NCBI GenBank assembly: GCA_963796685.1
Contig: CAWCMR010000009.1
Location: 288,001-352,000, forward strand
Direction: 5' to 3'
Length of the DNA stretch: 64,000 nucleotides
Source of the DNA: an uncultured delta proteobacterium
GTDB taxonomy: Bacteria > Myxococcota_A > Polyangia > Fen-1088
The notes beneath the pieces were generated by a model. It saw only the letters and a list, made by a program, of their open reading frames with translations. It ran no database searches and was not told the origin of the DNA. Position numbers and translations under genes: made by a program. Below are positions 53,175 to 64,000 of this stretch, piece after piece. Each line of letters opens with the position of its first letter. Positions within the stretch are counted from its first letter, which is position 1.

Positions 53175-55376
53175 ATGGCGATGCGCCCTCTGCCAGGAAC
53201 CGAAGCCCATCCCCTGGCGCTCCAGGCGAGTCTCGATGCAGCGTTGGCGTCCCGGTTCGGACAGAGCCCGCGCACGCGCCATCTGGGAAACAATGGCATG
53301 CCGCTTTTCACCAATCGGCTGGCGCTGGAAAGCAGCCCCTACCTGCTTCAGCACGCCCACAATCCCGTGAACTGGTTTCCATGGGGCGACGAGGCCTTCG
53401 CCGAGGCGCGCCACCGGAATCGGCCGGTCTTTCTCTCCATCGGCTATTCCACGTGCCACTGGTGCCACGTCATGGAGGAGGAGTCCTTCGAAGACGAAAC
53501 CATCGCGGCGTTCCTCAACGCGCACTACGTCGCCATCAAGGTCGACCGCGAGGAGCGCCCCGACGTGGACGCCGTGTACATGCGGGCGGCCCAGCAACTG
53601 ACCGGGTCAGGGGGATGGCCGCTTTCGGTTTGGCTGAACGCCGAGCGCGAGCCCTTCTTCGTCGGCACCTATTTCCCGCCCTTCGCGGGCAGGCGCGGCG
53701 CGGGTCATGGATTCATGGATCTTCTCATCGAGCTCGTGCGCCTGTTCGACGAGGATCCCGCGCGGGTGGGCGAGGCGGCGCGGGCGCTGGCGGGCGCCGT
53801 GCGTGCCGACATGGAGATGACCACGAGCCAGCCGGGTGCCGACGGAGCGGCCACGCCAACCAGGCCCGATGTCGCGCTGATCGCCGCCGCGGTCGGGCAG
53901 TGCGCGCGAGCCTTCGACGACGACAACGGGGGCCTGCGTGTGGCGCAGAAGTTCCCATCCCACGTTCCCATCCGGCTGCTCCTGCGCCATCACCGGCGCA
54001 CCGGTGACGTCAACGCCCTACACATGGCGGTGCACACCCTCGAGCGCATGGCCGCGGGCGGGATCTACGACCACCTGGTGGGCGGCTTTCATCGCTATTC
54101 CACCGACCCGCGCTGGCTCGTGCCCCACTTCGAGAAGATGCTCTACGACAATGCCCTGCTGGTGGTGGCCTACGCCGAGGCCTGGCAGGCGACCAAGCAG
54201 CCGACCTTCGCGCGCGTGGTGCGCGAAACCTGTGACGAGCTTCTCGCGACCTTCGCCTCGCCCGAGGGAGGCTTCTACTCGGCCACCGATGCCGATTCGG
54301 AGGGCGAAGAAGGCAAGTACTTCGTCTGGTCCGAGGAAGAAATCCGAGGGGTGTTGGGATCGGGTGGCGACAGCGAGTTGTTCCTGCACCATTACGGCAT
54401 CACCAAGAGGGGGAACTTCGACAGTGGCAACATCCTCTTCGAACCGCAACCCGACGAGAAAACCGCGCGAGCCCTGGCTCCGGCCCGGGCCAAGCTGGCC
54501 GAGGTGCGCAAACGCCGCGTCCCGCCTCTGCGCGACGAGAAGATCGTGACGGCGTGGAACGGTCTGGCCATCGGCGCATTCGCCGTGGCCGGCCGGGTGA
54601 TGGGCGAGCGCCGCTACCTCGACGCGGCGACGAGCGCGGCAGCGTTCCTCATCTCGCACTTGCGCGAGACCGAGACCGGCCGGCTCGCCCGCAGCTACCG
54701 CGACGGCCGATTGGGAGTTGCGGGATTCCTGGACGACCATGCCTTCACCGCCGCGGGTCTGCTCGATCTCTTCGAGAGCACGGGCGAGCCGCGCTGGCTC
54801 GACGAGGCCTACCGTCTCATCGAGGAGACCGGGTCGCTGTTCGCCGACCCGGCGCGAGGCGGCTGGCTCATGACCAGCCGGGAGCACGAGCGTTTGCTGG
54901 CCCGCGAGCGCCCGCTCTTCGATGGAGCCGAGCCCGCGGGCAGCTCGGTGGCGCTCATGAACGTGGCTCGACTGGCCACGTTCACCGACGACGAGTGCTG
55001 GCGGCGCGCTGCCGAGAGGGGCCTTGAATTCTATCTACCGCTCATGCGGGAGCGCCCCTTGTCCATGACCGAGGCACTCTTGGCAGTGGACTTTCTGGCC
55101 GGGCCGACGCGGGAAATCGTGCTTGCCCTGCCAGGTCAGGATCCAGCCGCCGAGCTGCCGTTGCACAAGGTCTTGGCCGAGACGTTCAATCCCCGCAAGG
55201 CATTGGTCGCGGGCATCCCGGGGTCGCCCCCTTGGCGCGAGCTCGAAAGCCGTATTCCTTGGCTCGGGGACAAGACTCTTCAGGCCGGCAAGGCCACGGC
55301 CTACGTCTGCACCAAGGGCGTGTGTCAACTACCGACGACCGAACCGGAGGTTCTCGCCGAGCAGCTCGGCACCTGA
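53175..55376 (+). CDS. Thioredoxin-domain protein YyaL/SPATA20 family
   Basis: [43 protein letters not shown] and [12 protein letters not shown]. Confidence 0.92.
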   Translation: MAMRPLPGTEAHPLALQASLDAALASRFGQSPRTRHLGNNGMPLFTNRLALESSPYLLQHAHNPVNWFPWGDEAFAEARHRNRPVFLSIGYSTCHWCHVMEEESFEDETIAAFLNAHYVAIKVDREERPDVDAVYMRAAQQLTGSGGWPLSVWLNAEREPFFVGTYFPPFAGRRGAGHGFMDLLIELVRLFDEDPARVGEAARALAGAVRADMEMTTSQPGADGAATPTRPDVALIAAAVGQCARAFDDDNGGLRVAQKFPSHVPIRLLLRHHRRTGDVNALHMAVHTLERMAAGGIYDHLVGGFHRYSTDPRWLVPHFEKMLYDNALLVVAYAEAWQATKQPTFARVVRETCDELLATFASPEGGFYSATDADSEGEEGKYFVWSEEEIRGVLGSGGDSELFLHHYGITKRGNFDSGNILFEPQPDEKTARALAPARAKLAEVRKRRVPPLRDEKIVTAWNGLAIGAFAVAGRVMGERRYLDAATSAAAFLISHLRETETGRLARSYRDGRLGVAGFLDDHAFTAAGLLDLFESTGEPRWLDEAYRLIEETGSLFADPARGGWLMTSREHERLLARERPLFDGAEPAGSSVALMNVARLATFTDDECWRRAAERGLEFYLPLMRERPLSMTEALLAVDFLAGPTREIVLALPGQDPAAELPLHKVLAETFNPRKALVAGIPGSPPWRELESRIPWLGDKTLQAGKATAYVCTKGVCQLPTTEPEVLAEQLGT

Positions 55377-55399
55377 TGGGTGATAGGCGCCCCGTGCCC

Positions 55400-55441
55400 A
55401 AGAAAAGGGCCCGGCCTCTCTTGTACGGAGAGACCGAGCCC
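55400..55441 (-). terminator. Intrinsic terminator of the glnK-orf-amtB operon
   Basis: Minus strand GGGCTCGGTCTCTC-N7-GAGAGGCCGGGCCC (14 bp stem with G-U pairs) followed by TTTTCTT. Confidence 0.8.
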
Positions 55442-55461
55442 AGGCAGACGAGAGGGTTAGA

Positions 55462-57117
55462 CTAATTGTGCTTCGTGGACATGACGAAGTCGGGATAGGC
55501 AGGCACGCCGGTCTCGGGAACGTCCAGCCCTTCGTTCTCGACCTCGGCCGAGACCCGGTTCGAGCCCAGGATCTTTCCGATGATCCAGAACACCAGGCCA
55601 CCCACGATGACATTCCACGCGATGCAAACCACGACTTCGATGACCTGAGCAATGAGTTGCTTGCTATCGCCGTAGAACAGGCCCGTGACTCCCTTGAGCG
55701 CGGCCCCGGTCGTTCCCAGGTACTCCGTGGCGCCCACGCCATTCCAACCCGTGCCATAGGTTCCGTCGGAAAACAAGCCGACCGCGAGAACGCCCCAGGC
55801 GCCATTCACGCCGTGCACGCTGATGGCGCCCACGGGATCGTCGATGCCGATCTTCTCCCAGAAGAACACGCTGAGGACAACGAGGATTCCCGCGATCGCG
55901 CCGATGATGAAGGCGCCCACGGGGCTGACGAAGGCGCAGGGTGCCGTGATGGCCACCAGCCCCGCCAACATGCCGTTGCACATCATGCTGGGGTCCGGTT
56001 TGCCGTACTTGAACCACATGTAGAGCGTGGCGCTGAGCGTGGCCGACATGCCCGCGATCATCGTATTCGTGGCGATGATGCCGATGCGTCCATCGGAGCC
56101 GGCCAGGGAGCTACCCGCGTTGAAGCCGAACCATCCGAAGGCCAGGATGAAGGTTCCAACCATGACCATGGGGATGTTGTGGCCCAGGATGGGCTTGGGC
56201 TTGCCGTGCTCGTCGTACTTGCCGATGCGAGGTCCAATCAAGTAGGCGGTAATGAAGGCCAACGCTCCACCTTGCAAGTGCACGACGCCGGAGCCGGCGT
56301 AGTCGACGGAGCCGTGCCCCAGGCCGAGTCGGTAGCCGAGCTGGGCCAGCCATCCCCCTCCCCACACCCAAGCGCCGAAGATCGGATAGATGAAGGCCCC
56401 GATGGCGATGCTGAAGATGAAGAAGCTCTTCAGGCTCCAGCGTTCCGCGCACGCCCCCGTCACGATTGTCGCCGTGGTGTCCATGAACACCATCATGAAC
56501 AAGAAGAGCACGATCGCGGCCGCGTCGTAGCTGCCTCCGGTCAGGAAGAATCCGGACGTGCCGAACAGACCCCATCCATGGTCGCCATTCATGGCGGATC
56601 CGATGGTGAACATGTGGTTGAGAGTTGGAGTTCCCCCCAAACTGACAGGCCCACCGATGGCTGTGCCGTTCAGGCCGCCGCACATCAGGGCAAAGCCGCA
56701 GACGAAGAAACCGAACAATCCGAGCCCGTACACCAGGAAGTTCATGGTGAAGGTGTGTCCGGCGTTCTTCGCCCGTATGAGCCCGGTTTCCACGAAGGCG
56801 AACCCGGCTTGCATGAACATGACGAGGAATCCCGCGATCAGCGTCCACACGAAATTGATCGAGAAGATCCCGTGCGAAGCCGACTGCGCCACGGCATCGA
56901 CCGCGACGGCGAGATCCTTCGTGGTCGCCTTCTCCGGATCGGGCTTGGTGTAGCCGGGCACGGAAGTCGCGTTGGGCACGGACTGAAAGGCTCCGGTCCG
57001 GTCGGGCGCCGGCTCATCGGCACGCGTGGGGGTGCCGATGAACGTCGCCACTGCCATGGCGGCGATGATCGCGACTCCAATGAGACGGTGTTTTCTGTGC
57101 GGAACTGATCGGGTCAT
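55462..57117 (-). CDS. amtB: Ammonium transporter
   Basis: FMQAGFA, DYAGSGVVH, FGWFGFNAGS, GLVAITA and DDPVGAISVHG; signal peptide. Confidence 0.96.
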   Translation of the reverse strand: MTRSVPHRKHRLIGVAIIAAMAVATFIGTPTRADEPAPDRTGAFQSVPNATSVPGYTKPDPEKATTKDLAVAVDAVAQSASHGIFSINFVWTLIAGFLVMFMQAGFAFVETGLIRAKNAGHTFTMNFLVYGLGLFGFFVCGFALMCGGLNGTAIGGPVSLGGTPTLNHMFTIGSAMNGDHGWGLFGTSGFFLTGGSYDAAAIVLFLFMMVFMDTTATIVTGACAERWSLKSFFIFSIAIGAFIYPIFGAWVWGGGWLAQLGYRLGLGHGSVDYAGSGVVHLQGGALAFITAYLIGPRIGKYDEHGKPKPILGHNIPMVMVGTFILAFGWFGFNAGSSLAGSDGRIGIIATNTMIAGMSATLSATLYMWFKYGKPDPSMMCNGMLAGLVAITAPCAFVSPVGAFIIGAIAGILVVLSVFFWEKIGIDDPVGAISVHGVNGAWGVLAVGLFSDGTYGTGWNGVGATEYLGTTGAALKGVTGLFYGDSKQLIAQVIEVVVCIAWNVIVGGLVFWIIGKILGSNRVSAEVENEGLDVPETGVPAYPDFVMSTKHN

Positions 57118-57154
57118 GCTTTCACCTCTTTATCCATTCTTGTGTTGTTCACTG

Positions 57155-57361
57155 CTAATTGATGACGCAGGACGTGCGCGCCTGAATCTTTCTTCTCAGG
57201 CGATTGGCCCACATGGCGCCGAAGAAGGCGCTGATCTCCATGGAAAGGACGAACATCGCCGTCGGGATCCACAGATGGTTGCTGGAGCGATACACCATCC
57301 AACCCACTAGACCGGTGACCAGTTGGACTGCCAGGAAGGTTCTTTTGTAGTAATCCCACAT
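57155..57361 (-). CDS. Small two-TM hypothetical protein within the glnK-amtB operon
   Basis: 68 aa; two hydrophobic helices and a basic C-terminus; purine-rich RBS (GAAAAGAG); fills the gap between glnK and amtB. Confidence 0.7.
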   Translation of the reverse strand: MWDYYKRTFLAVQLVTGLVGWMVYRSSNHLWIPTAMFVLSMEISAFFGAMWANRLRRKIQARTSCVIN

Positions 57362-57391
57362 GCTCTTTTCTCGATGTTGGAGGTTGCGTTC

Positions 57392-57772
<381 letters not shown>

Positions 57773-57849
57773 TCAGACGGTGATGGCAGGGGAATTTCGG
57801 ACCGATAAAACATTTGTTAATCTGAATGAACAACCCGGCAACAATTGCC

Positions 57850-57865
57850 GCCATCGTTGTGCCAA
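57850..57865 (-). promoter_or_regulatory. Putative sigma54 (-24/-12) promoter of glnK operon
   Basis: Minus strand TTGGCAC-AACGA-TGGC with correct GG-N10-GC spacing; adjacent palindrome CGGCAA-CAA-TTGCCG at 57836-57850. Confidence 0.6.
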
Positions 57866-57969
57866 GACGTAAACTCAAAAGTTACGACCTGGAAACCATC
57901 GGGCAACCGCCTGGAAGAACCTTCCTGCTAGAGTGCATAAATCAGCTCACGCGTCCCCTGAGAACCTGA

Positions 57970-59226
57970 ATGCAGACCCATTTCCATGTTCCCTTCTACG
58001 CCGTTCTTCCTTTCGCCCTGATTCTGACTGGAATCGCGATTCTGCCCTTGGCGGTTCCGAGCTTCTGGGATCACAATCGAAACAAAGGGTTCTTCGCGGC
58101 CGTATTGGCGGCGCCTGTTGGGCTCTGGCTGCTCCTGGCGAATCCTGCCTTGCTCGCTCACACGGCCCACGAGTACGTTTCATTCATCTGTCTACTGGGT
58201 TCCCTGTTCATCGTCGCCGGTGGGATCCACTTGGGGGGAGACCTGCGGGCGTCTCCGCGCAACAACGCCATCATCCTGGCGCTCGGTGCCGTGATGGCCA
58301 GCTTGCTCGGCACCACCGGCGCCAGCATGCTGCTCATCCGACTCGTCTTGCGCACCAACTCCGAGCGCCGCCACACCGGCCACATCCCTTTCTTCTTCAT
58401 TCTGCTCGTGTCCAACGCCGGCGGATTGTTGACCCCGCTCGGCGATCCACCGCTGTTCCTCGGCTTCCTGCGCGGGGTGCCCTTCACCTGGACCCTACGT
58501 TTGTTCCCCATTTGGTTGCTGACATCGGGCTATTTGCTGGTTCTCTTCTACGTCGTCGACCGACGGGCTTACCGAAAGGAAACCGTCCAGGATCTGGCCA
58601 AGGACGAGACCCAGATCGTTCCTTTGAGCATCGAGGGAACCCTGAACTTGCTCTGGTTGTTGCTCATCATTCTTTCAGTCTTTCTCCCATCGCCCGTGCG
58701 CGAGGGGGTCATGGTGCTTGCCGCACTGGGCTCGCTCACGCTCGGAGGCAAGAGAGGCCGCAGCAAGAACAACTTCGCGTTTGCGCCGATCGCCGAGGTG
58801 GCGATCTTGTTCGCCGGCATCTTCGCGACCATGGCGCCGGCGTTGATTCTGCTCGAAGAGAAGGGCCCCGCCTTGGGACTGGTGGCCCCGTGGCACTTCT
58901 TCCTCGTTTCGGGCGCGCTCTCCAGCGTGCTCGACAATGCCCCGACCTACCTGACCTTCTTGACGGCCGCACAAAGCACCGCCAGCGCCCTGGGCCTGTC
59001 GGTTGGCGTTGCCGCCGTTCCGGCGAGCTTCCTGGCGGCGGTGAGCGCCGGGTCGGTTTTGATGGGCGCCAACACGTACATCGGAAACGGCCCCAACTTC
59101 ATGGTCAAGTCCATCGCCGATTCCTCGGGCTACCGCATGCCGAGCTTCGCTCGCTACGCCATCATGGCCACCTTCGTGCTCTCGCCCGTTTACCTGGCAA
59201 CGGCCTTGCTGGTGGGCAGGTACTGA
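57970..59226 (+). CDS. IT-superfamily transporter (CitMHS_2 / sodium:proton antiporter type)
   Basis: Multiple TMs; LTPLGDPPLFLGFLRGVPF, LDNAPTYL and GANTYIGNGPNFMVKSIA. Confidence 0.85.
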   Translation: MQTHFHVPFYAVLPFALILTGIAILPLAVPSFWDHNRNKGFFAAVLAAPVGLWLLLANPALLAHTAHEYVSFICLLGSLFIVAGGIHLGGDLRASPRNNAIILALGAVMASLLGTTGASMLLIRLVLRTNSERRHTGHIPFFFILLVSNAGGLLTPLGDPPLFLGFLRGVPFTWTLRLFPIWLLTSGYLLVLFYVVDRRAYRKETVQDLAKDETQIVPLSIEGTLNLLWLLLIILSVFLPSPVREGVMVLAALGSLTLGGKRGRSKNNFAFAPIAEVAILFAGIFATMAPALILLEEKGPALGLVAPWHFFLVSGALSSVLDNAPTYLTFLTAAQSTASALGLSVGVAAVPASFLAAVSAGSVLMGANTYIGNGPNFMVKSIADSSGYRMPSFARYAIMATFVLSPVYLATALLVGRY

Positions 59227-59311
59227 CAGGTCCAGAGGGCGAACGTCGACGATTCGATTTTCCCTCGCCTCGGGCCTTGCCGCGAAGTCGAAGCAGGGAC
59301 AACCTAGCCCC

Positions 59312-60010
59312 ATGAGCAGGACGGGCAGGCAGAAATCAGACATCCGGAAAAGGGCACCCCTGTTTCTCGTCGATTCGTTCGCGCTCGGGGTCGCCTGCCT
59401 GGTCCTCGGTGCGTGCACCAGCGCGGGTCCGGTCATCCCCGACACCAGAAATAGAATTCCGCCCCCGGGTGCACGCGAAGGCGCGGACCCGAACGACGTG
59501 TTCATGCGCAAGCCGTGGGAGATCTGGCAAGTGCCGGGGGGCACGGCGCGCTACCATCGGGAGGCCTTCATGCTCCTGCCCGACCATGCCGACTGGTTCG
59601 AGGTCGCCAATGTCGCGGTCAACGCGGCGGATGGAAGCGATGTTCGCCTCGACTATGTTTCGATCGAGCTTGGCGGCAGCGCGCAGTCGCACGAGTCGAT
59701 CAGCGTCTTCGTCTACCGTGCGCCTGGCGATCTCGACAGCGAGTGGAACGCGATCGTGAACCGGGCGCGGCGCCAGCACCCCACCGGCAAGCCCGGCGAG
59801 CCCTTCCCGCTACCCGACAAGCATCCGCCGACCACCAAGCAAATCGCCTTCGTCGAGCCCGGCCCGGGAGAAGACTCCTTCGTGCAAGTGTCGCTGTTTC
59901 ACCAAGGCGATTGGGCGATTCGCTACGAGATAACCTGTCCGCTTACGGACGCCACGAAGGCGCGCGACATCACCCGGTCGTTCCTGGCCTCGCTGCGCGC
60001 CCGGCAATAA
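59312..60010 (+). CDS. Hypothetical lipoprotein
   Basis: Lipobox LGAC after a hydrophobic stretch; normal coding composition; start uncertain. Confidence 0.65.
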   Translation: MSRTGRQKSDIRKRAPLFLVDSFALGVACLVLGACTSAGPVIPDTRNRIPPPGAREGADPNDVFMRKPWEIWQVPGGTARYHREAFMLLPDHADWFEVANVAVNAADGSDVRLDYVSIELGGSAQSHESISVFVYRAPGDLDSEWNAIVNRARRQHPTGKPGEPFPLPDKHPPTTKQIAFVEPGPGEDSFVQVSLFHQGDWAIRYEITCPLTDATKARDITRSFLASLRARQ

Positions 60011-60012
60011 CG

Positions 60013-61173
60013 CTATGGGATGGTATACGGGGGTATGTAGTTTGGGCAACCGAAGACGATCTGCACGGTGGTCGCCTGGCTGGCCAGCACCGAGTCGCAC
60101 AGGGTTCCGGTGAGCACGATGTCCGATGGGGTCGCCCCGAAGGTCCAGCCGTTGGGGTCGTTCTGGGTGACGAGGGTCTTGTCGACGTAGACGATTACCT
60201 GCGAAGCGTCGGGCGGCGGCCCGGGCGTCTGGAAGTTGCAGGTCAGGGCGACGATCTTGGAAATCTTGTCGAGCGCGCTGGTGAGGTCCTGGGGCGAGGT
60301 CGCCGGGTAGTAGTTGGTGGTGCCGCCCGCCTGCGCCATGCTGTCCAGGTTGGTGACGCTTGGTCCAATACCGACCACGTAGACCGGGAACCCGAACGAG
60401 GCCGCCGACCGGATGGCGGCAACCGTGTTGGGCAAGTCGCTGGTGGTGCTCGACTGGTTGCTGCCGCAGTTCGGCTCGCCGTCGGTCGCCAGCAGAATGG
60501 CCTTGGGGTTTCCGTCGTTGACCGTCTGCAGATACAAGCTGGCGGCGTTGATGGCCGACGCCGTTGGCGTGTAGCTGCCGGGCGACGCGGCGGCAATCTG
60601 GGTCTGCACGTCAGCCGCCGATCCCGACGAAATCTCGACTTGCGGAAGCATGGACACCGCGCAGTTTCCCCCACTGGCCGTGGGCGCGGCGAAGAGCTCG
60701 AGCCCCCAGTTGATGCTGGGGTTGGCGGTGACCGTCTGCGAGACCGCGCCCTTGACGGCGGTCCAGCGATCCGTGCAGCCGGCCGCGTTCGGGCATACCT
60801 GCCCCTGGCCCGTGCCGCCCGCGCCGATGCTGCAGTAGCAGTCCCCGGAGATGCTGTAGCTCATCGAAGCCGAGCGGTCGAGCACGATGAGGATGTCCGC
60901 GGGCGCCCGGTTGGGCGTGATCGTGGTGGTGCCGCAGGTTCCATCGGCGCTTCCGGTGGTGCCCGAGGTGCCCCCGCCGCTCGTATCACCGCCCGTCCCC
61001 GACACGCCGCCCTCGGAGGTCACATTGATGGTAACGCCACCCGCGCCGCCACTGCCGGTGGCACCGCTCCCGGTTCCCACCTGTCCGGGAGAGCTGCAGC
61101 CCCACGACGAGAGCCCGACGCCCAGGGACGCGAGCACTCCGGCGATCACTCTACCGACTGAAATCATCCTCAT
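60013..61173 (-). CDS. vWA domain lipoprotein (myxobacterial type)
   Basis: Lipobox SWGC; Gly linker; MIDAS DRSAS, TPT and LATDGEP; AAGGAG RBS. Confidence 0.88.
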   Translation of the reverse strand: MRMISVGRVIAGVLASLGVGLSSWGCSSPGQVGTGSGATGSGGAGGVTINVTSEGGVSGTGGDTSGGGTSGTTGSADGTCGTTTITPNRAPADILIVLDRSASMSYSISGDCYCSIGAGGTGQGQVCPNAAGCTDRWTAVKGAVSQTVTANPSINWGLELFAAPTASGGNCAVSMLPQVEISSGSAADVQTQIAAASPGSYTPTASAINAASLYLQTVNDGNPKAILLATDGEPNCGSNQSSTTSDLPNTVAAIRSAASFGFPVYVVGIGPSVTNLDSMAQAGGTTNYYPATSPQDLTSALDKISKIVALTCNFQTPGPPPDASQVIVYVDKTLVTQNDPNGWTFGATPSDIVLTGTLCDSVLASQATTVQIVFGCPNYIPPYTIP

Positions 61174-61379
61174 GATGTCTCCTTACCAGGTTGGGCGAAC
61201 GCGGGACGACGACGCCTACTACTCTAAAGGCAATCGCGATCACCCGCGAGCGGGAACCGCGAACGGCCTTGGCCAGTGGTCTGCCCAACTTGGTTGGGGG
61301 CAAACCCTCATCATTTTCGATGCGAACATCTCGCCTTCGCTTCTCTTCCTGCGCCGCGCCGATTCGCCCACATCACCCC

Positions 61380-62192
61380 TCATCGGTCCACATCTTGCCC
61401 ATGTCGCAACAAGGCCTGGGCGTTCCGGCCGAGAATCCTTGCCTCGCGCTCCGAGCCCAGGTCGAGCGAGCGGAGAAGCGCAAGGGTTTCGGACTGACTC
61501 GACCAGGGCGAGTCGCTGCCGAACAGAGCTCGGTCCGCCGGGTGGGCCAACAGCATGGCTCGCGCCCGCTCGCGTCCGAGAAGCTCGAGGCTCAAGGAGA
61601 TGTCCATGGTGACGGGCTTGCCGAGCAAGTGCCGCTCCACCTCGTCCCAGTCATCCCATGCCCCCATATGACTCGTGACGAGGCGAAGGCCGGGGACACG
61701 CTCCAAGACGCGGAGAATGCGGACCGGATCCGCGCGACGCTGACGAGGAAAGGCAAAGTCGAAGCCGGTGTGGCAGACAAGCAGCAGACCGAGCCGATCG
61801 AGGGCGCGGTAGAGCGGGAACAACGCCTCGTCGTCCATGTCGAAGTCTTGGTAGTAGGGATGAAGCTTGATGCCGCGCAGGCCGGCTTCCGCCACTTGTT
61901 GCGCTTGCCCGGCAGGATCCGGTCCCCTGGGATGGATCGACGCCAAGGGTACGATGCGCTCGGAGGCGATGGCTTTGGACCACTTCAAGATGGGCTCGAA
62001 TTGCTCCGGTTTGGTGGCGATCGAGCAGATGACCGCGGTTCGGATTCCCGCCTTGTCCATCGAAGCCAGCAACGAGGACACGGTCCCGTCGAGAAAAGCC
62101 TTCACCCCCCCACCGTGCTCGAGCTGGCTGATGGCCCGCGCCGCGATGGCCTCCGGAAAGGCGTGGGCGTGAAAGTCGATGATGTCGTCCAT
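61380..62192 (-). CDS. Amidohydrolase family 2 protein
   Basis: IDFHAH, GIKLHP, HTG, SHMG and FGSDSPW. Confidence 0.9.
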   Translation of the reverse strand: MDDIIDFHAHAFPEAIAARAISQLEHGGGVKAFLDGTVSSLLASMDKAGIRTAVICSIATKPEQFEPILKWSKAIASERIVPLASIHPRGPDPAGQAQQVAEAGLRGIKLHPYYQDFDMDDEALFPLYRALDRLGLLLVCHTGFDFAFPRQRRADPVRILRVLERVPGLRLVTSHMGAWDDWDEVERHLLGKPVTMDISLSLELLGRERARAMLLAHPADRALFGSDSPWSSQSETLALLRSLDLGSEREARILGRNAQALLRHGQDVDR

Positions 62193-62275
62193 GGCGATCC
62201 CTGCGGCATTCAAGTAGAGCAGGACCGCCCCCCGCCGTCCACTGCCAGCAGCCTAATCCCGAGCTAGCCGCAGAA

Positions 62276-62350
62276 GGTCGTGGCCGTGGCCGGTTGTATT
62301 TCCGTCGGCCACGACCACGGCCACGGTAAGCCGTCTACGTCCACAACCAC
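62276..62350. repeat. Intergenic inverted repeat of 6-mer CCACG(G/A) units
   Basis: CGTGGCCGTGGCCG (62279-62292) pairs with CGGCCACGACCACG (62306-62319); degenerate 6-mers continue to 62350. Confidence 0.55.
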
Positions 62351-62397
62351 CCGTCATCGCTCCGATTGGGTTCGTGCGTCCGCCGCGGAAAGGTGTC

Positions 62398-63891
62398 TCA
62401 ACGGCGCTGGTAGGCGACAATCTCCGACTGGGGACAGTCGCAAATCGTCAGATGGGCGGTCGAGGTGCGGTGGACGACTTGCCACGCGGGATTGTCGCGC
62501 AGGGACGGCAGCCACCCGGGGAACGTGGACAGAATGCGCAGACCGGCCATCTCGCGTTCGCGCGCCGGCTCATGGTGCAGGTGCCGGTGATCGTTGAGCC
62601 CGACCAGGTCAACGATGCGACGATGGGAAAAATAGCGGGCCGCTCCCGCGTCGGTTGCACCGATGGTTTCGTCCTCCGGCGTGTTGTCGCGCAACCATTT
62701 GGCCATAGCCACGTCCAACTCCTCGATGTTCTGACAGTTCCAGGCGAACAGGTCGGCGCTTCGATGCACGGCCGCGGGCAAGTCGAGGATCGAGCCCAGC
62801 ACCAGGATCGGGACGCCGATGGCATACGCCGGCGCCCACGCGCGCTGCCGTGCCCGCCACGCCCACGCGATGGCGGTGACGGCTCCGACCGCGAGCGCGA
62901 CGAGCAGAAGCGCGTGCGCGGGCAGAAGGTAGCGCTGCCAATAGAAGGGCAGCGGCTCGGCGAGGAGCCGCGAGGCCGCGACCGCGAAGAAGAGCAGCAC
63001 CGGAAGCGCGGCGAGGAGCCCCGCCACCAGGCCGCGGCGAAAGAGCACGACGGCCCCGATTCCCCACAACGCGACGCCGGCCCCGCGCGCAAACCACGGC
63101 CATGACGGCAGCACCACGGTGAAGATGGCCTCCAGGTTGTGCGCGAAGAAGTCCTGCCGGCTCGAGAATTTCGCGTAGAACGTGCTCGGCAGGGGGTAGC
63201 CGGACACGAGCAAGCAGTAGAGCATCCATCCGCCGACCAGCACGATGGTGGGCGTCAGGACCAGCAGCCGCGCGCGTGCCGAAGCACGCGCCTGGTGGAA
63301 GCGCCATTCGATGATGGCGAGTACCAGCAAGGTCAACAAGGCCAGCTCGGGTCTGGCCAGGGGCGCCAGCGCCGCCGAAAGAGCGGCCAAGTGGTAGGAG
63401 TCGGCCGTGAGATCGCCGAGCGCCCACAGCGCGAGCGCGGCAGCGAGCATGACCTCCATGCCCGAGACCTGGGCGAAGGCCAGGGCAGGATCTGCCGCGA
63501 TGGCGAGGCCGGCGGTCAGCTCGGCGGCCAACCCGAATTTCAACCCGCGCAGCAGACGGGCGGCGCCAAGACTTGCCCACACCGCCGTCAACACGCCCGT
63601 GAGCTTGGCCGGGAGCACGACGCCGATGCCGAAGAGCCGCGCGGCCCAGCTCGCCGGCACGAGAAGCACCGCCCACAGCGGGCTCGTCGAGCCGGTCTCG
63701 AGCTGTCCGGGGTTGTAAGCGAAACCGTGCAGGGCGGCCAGGCTGCGCGCGTAGACCAGGTGAATCCAGGCGTCGTCGAGCGGCAGCCCCGCGAGCGCGG
63801 CGGCGGTCCCCGGCGCGCGATCGAGCACAAAGTAGAGAGCCATCGCCAGGTGCGCGACGAGAAAAATCAGCGCCAGCTTCACGAGCGACAT
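62398..63891 (-). CDS. Polytopic membrane protein, probable GT-C glycosyltransferase
   Basis: LDDAWIHLVYARSLA..GSTSPLW, SGME, ARPE, PSTFYAK and DLVGLND; many TMs. Confidence 0.75.
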   Translation of the reverse strand: MSLVKLALIFLVAHLAMALYFVLDRAPGTAAALAGLPLDDAWIHLVYARSLAALHGFAYNPGQLETGSTSPLWAVLLVPASWAARLFGIGVVLPAKLTGVLTAVWASLGAARLLRGLKFGLAAELTAGLAIAADPALAFAQVSGMEVMLAAALALWALGDLTADSYHLAALSAALAPLARPELALLTLLVLAIIEWRFHQARASARARLLVLTPTIVLVGGWMLYCLLVSGYPLPSTFYAKFSSRQDFFAHNLEAIFTVVLPSWPWFARGAGVALWGIGAVVLFRRGLVAGLLAALPVLLFFAVAASRLLAEPLPFYWQRYLLPAHALLLVALAVGAVTAIAWAWRARQRAWAPAYAIGVPILVLGSILDLPAAVHRSADLFAWNCQNIEELDVAMAKWLRDNTPEDETIGATDAGAARYFSHRRIVDLVGLNDHRHLHHEPAREREMAGLRILSTFPGWLPSLRDNPAWQVVHRTSTAHLTICDCPQSEIVAYQRR

Positions 63892-64000
63892 GAAAGGCTC
63901 ACTCCGCGCATGCGTCCGCGCTTCTACCATGCGGGCGCGGATCCGGGTTGATCAGCCCGCCGTCCCGATCCGAGGCCGAGCCGCAGCCGCCGGCTCGAAA

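Overview
GC-rich bacterial chromosomal segment. The gene content points to Myxococcota, probably Polyangia-like (inference): Cys-rich lipoproteins, PEGA-bearing Ser/Thr kinases, fibro-slime and vWA lipoproteins, and futalosine-pathway mqn genes. About 43 CDS are supported. Housekeeping and metabolic genes include PIN-PhoH, degP, hemH, msrBA, an RND pump, bcp, cysJI, thiC, mqnE, an mqnA-mqnC fusion, yyaL and glnK-amtB. An ~18 kb cell-envelope island (17.3-35.5 kb) holds two divergent membrane Ser/Thr kinases, a TPR protein, a TPR-PEGA-TonB-dependent receptor, a Gly-tethered cytochrome c lipoprotein and two tandem giant Cys-repeat/Pro-tail lipoproteins with 17 vs 13 repeats. Other notable items are a 250 bp MITE-like element inserted at the RND stop codon, a second 150 bp inverted-repeat element, an internally deleted MqnA fused to MqnC, and a 68-aa membrane protein between glnK and amtB. 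At least six genes carry single-base frameshifts, mostly +1, which are most likely long-read errors. No rRNA, tRNA, CRISPR array or transposase was seen.
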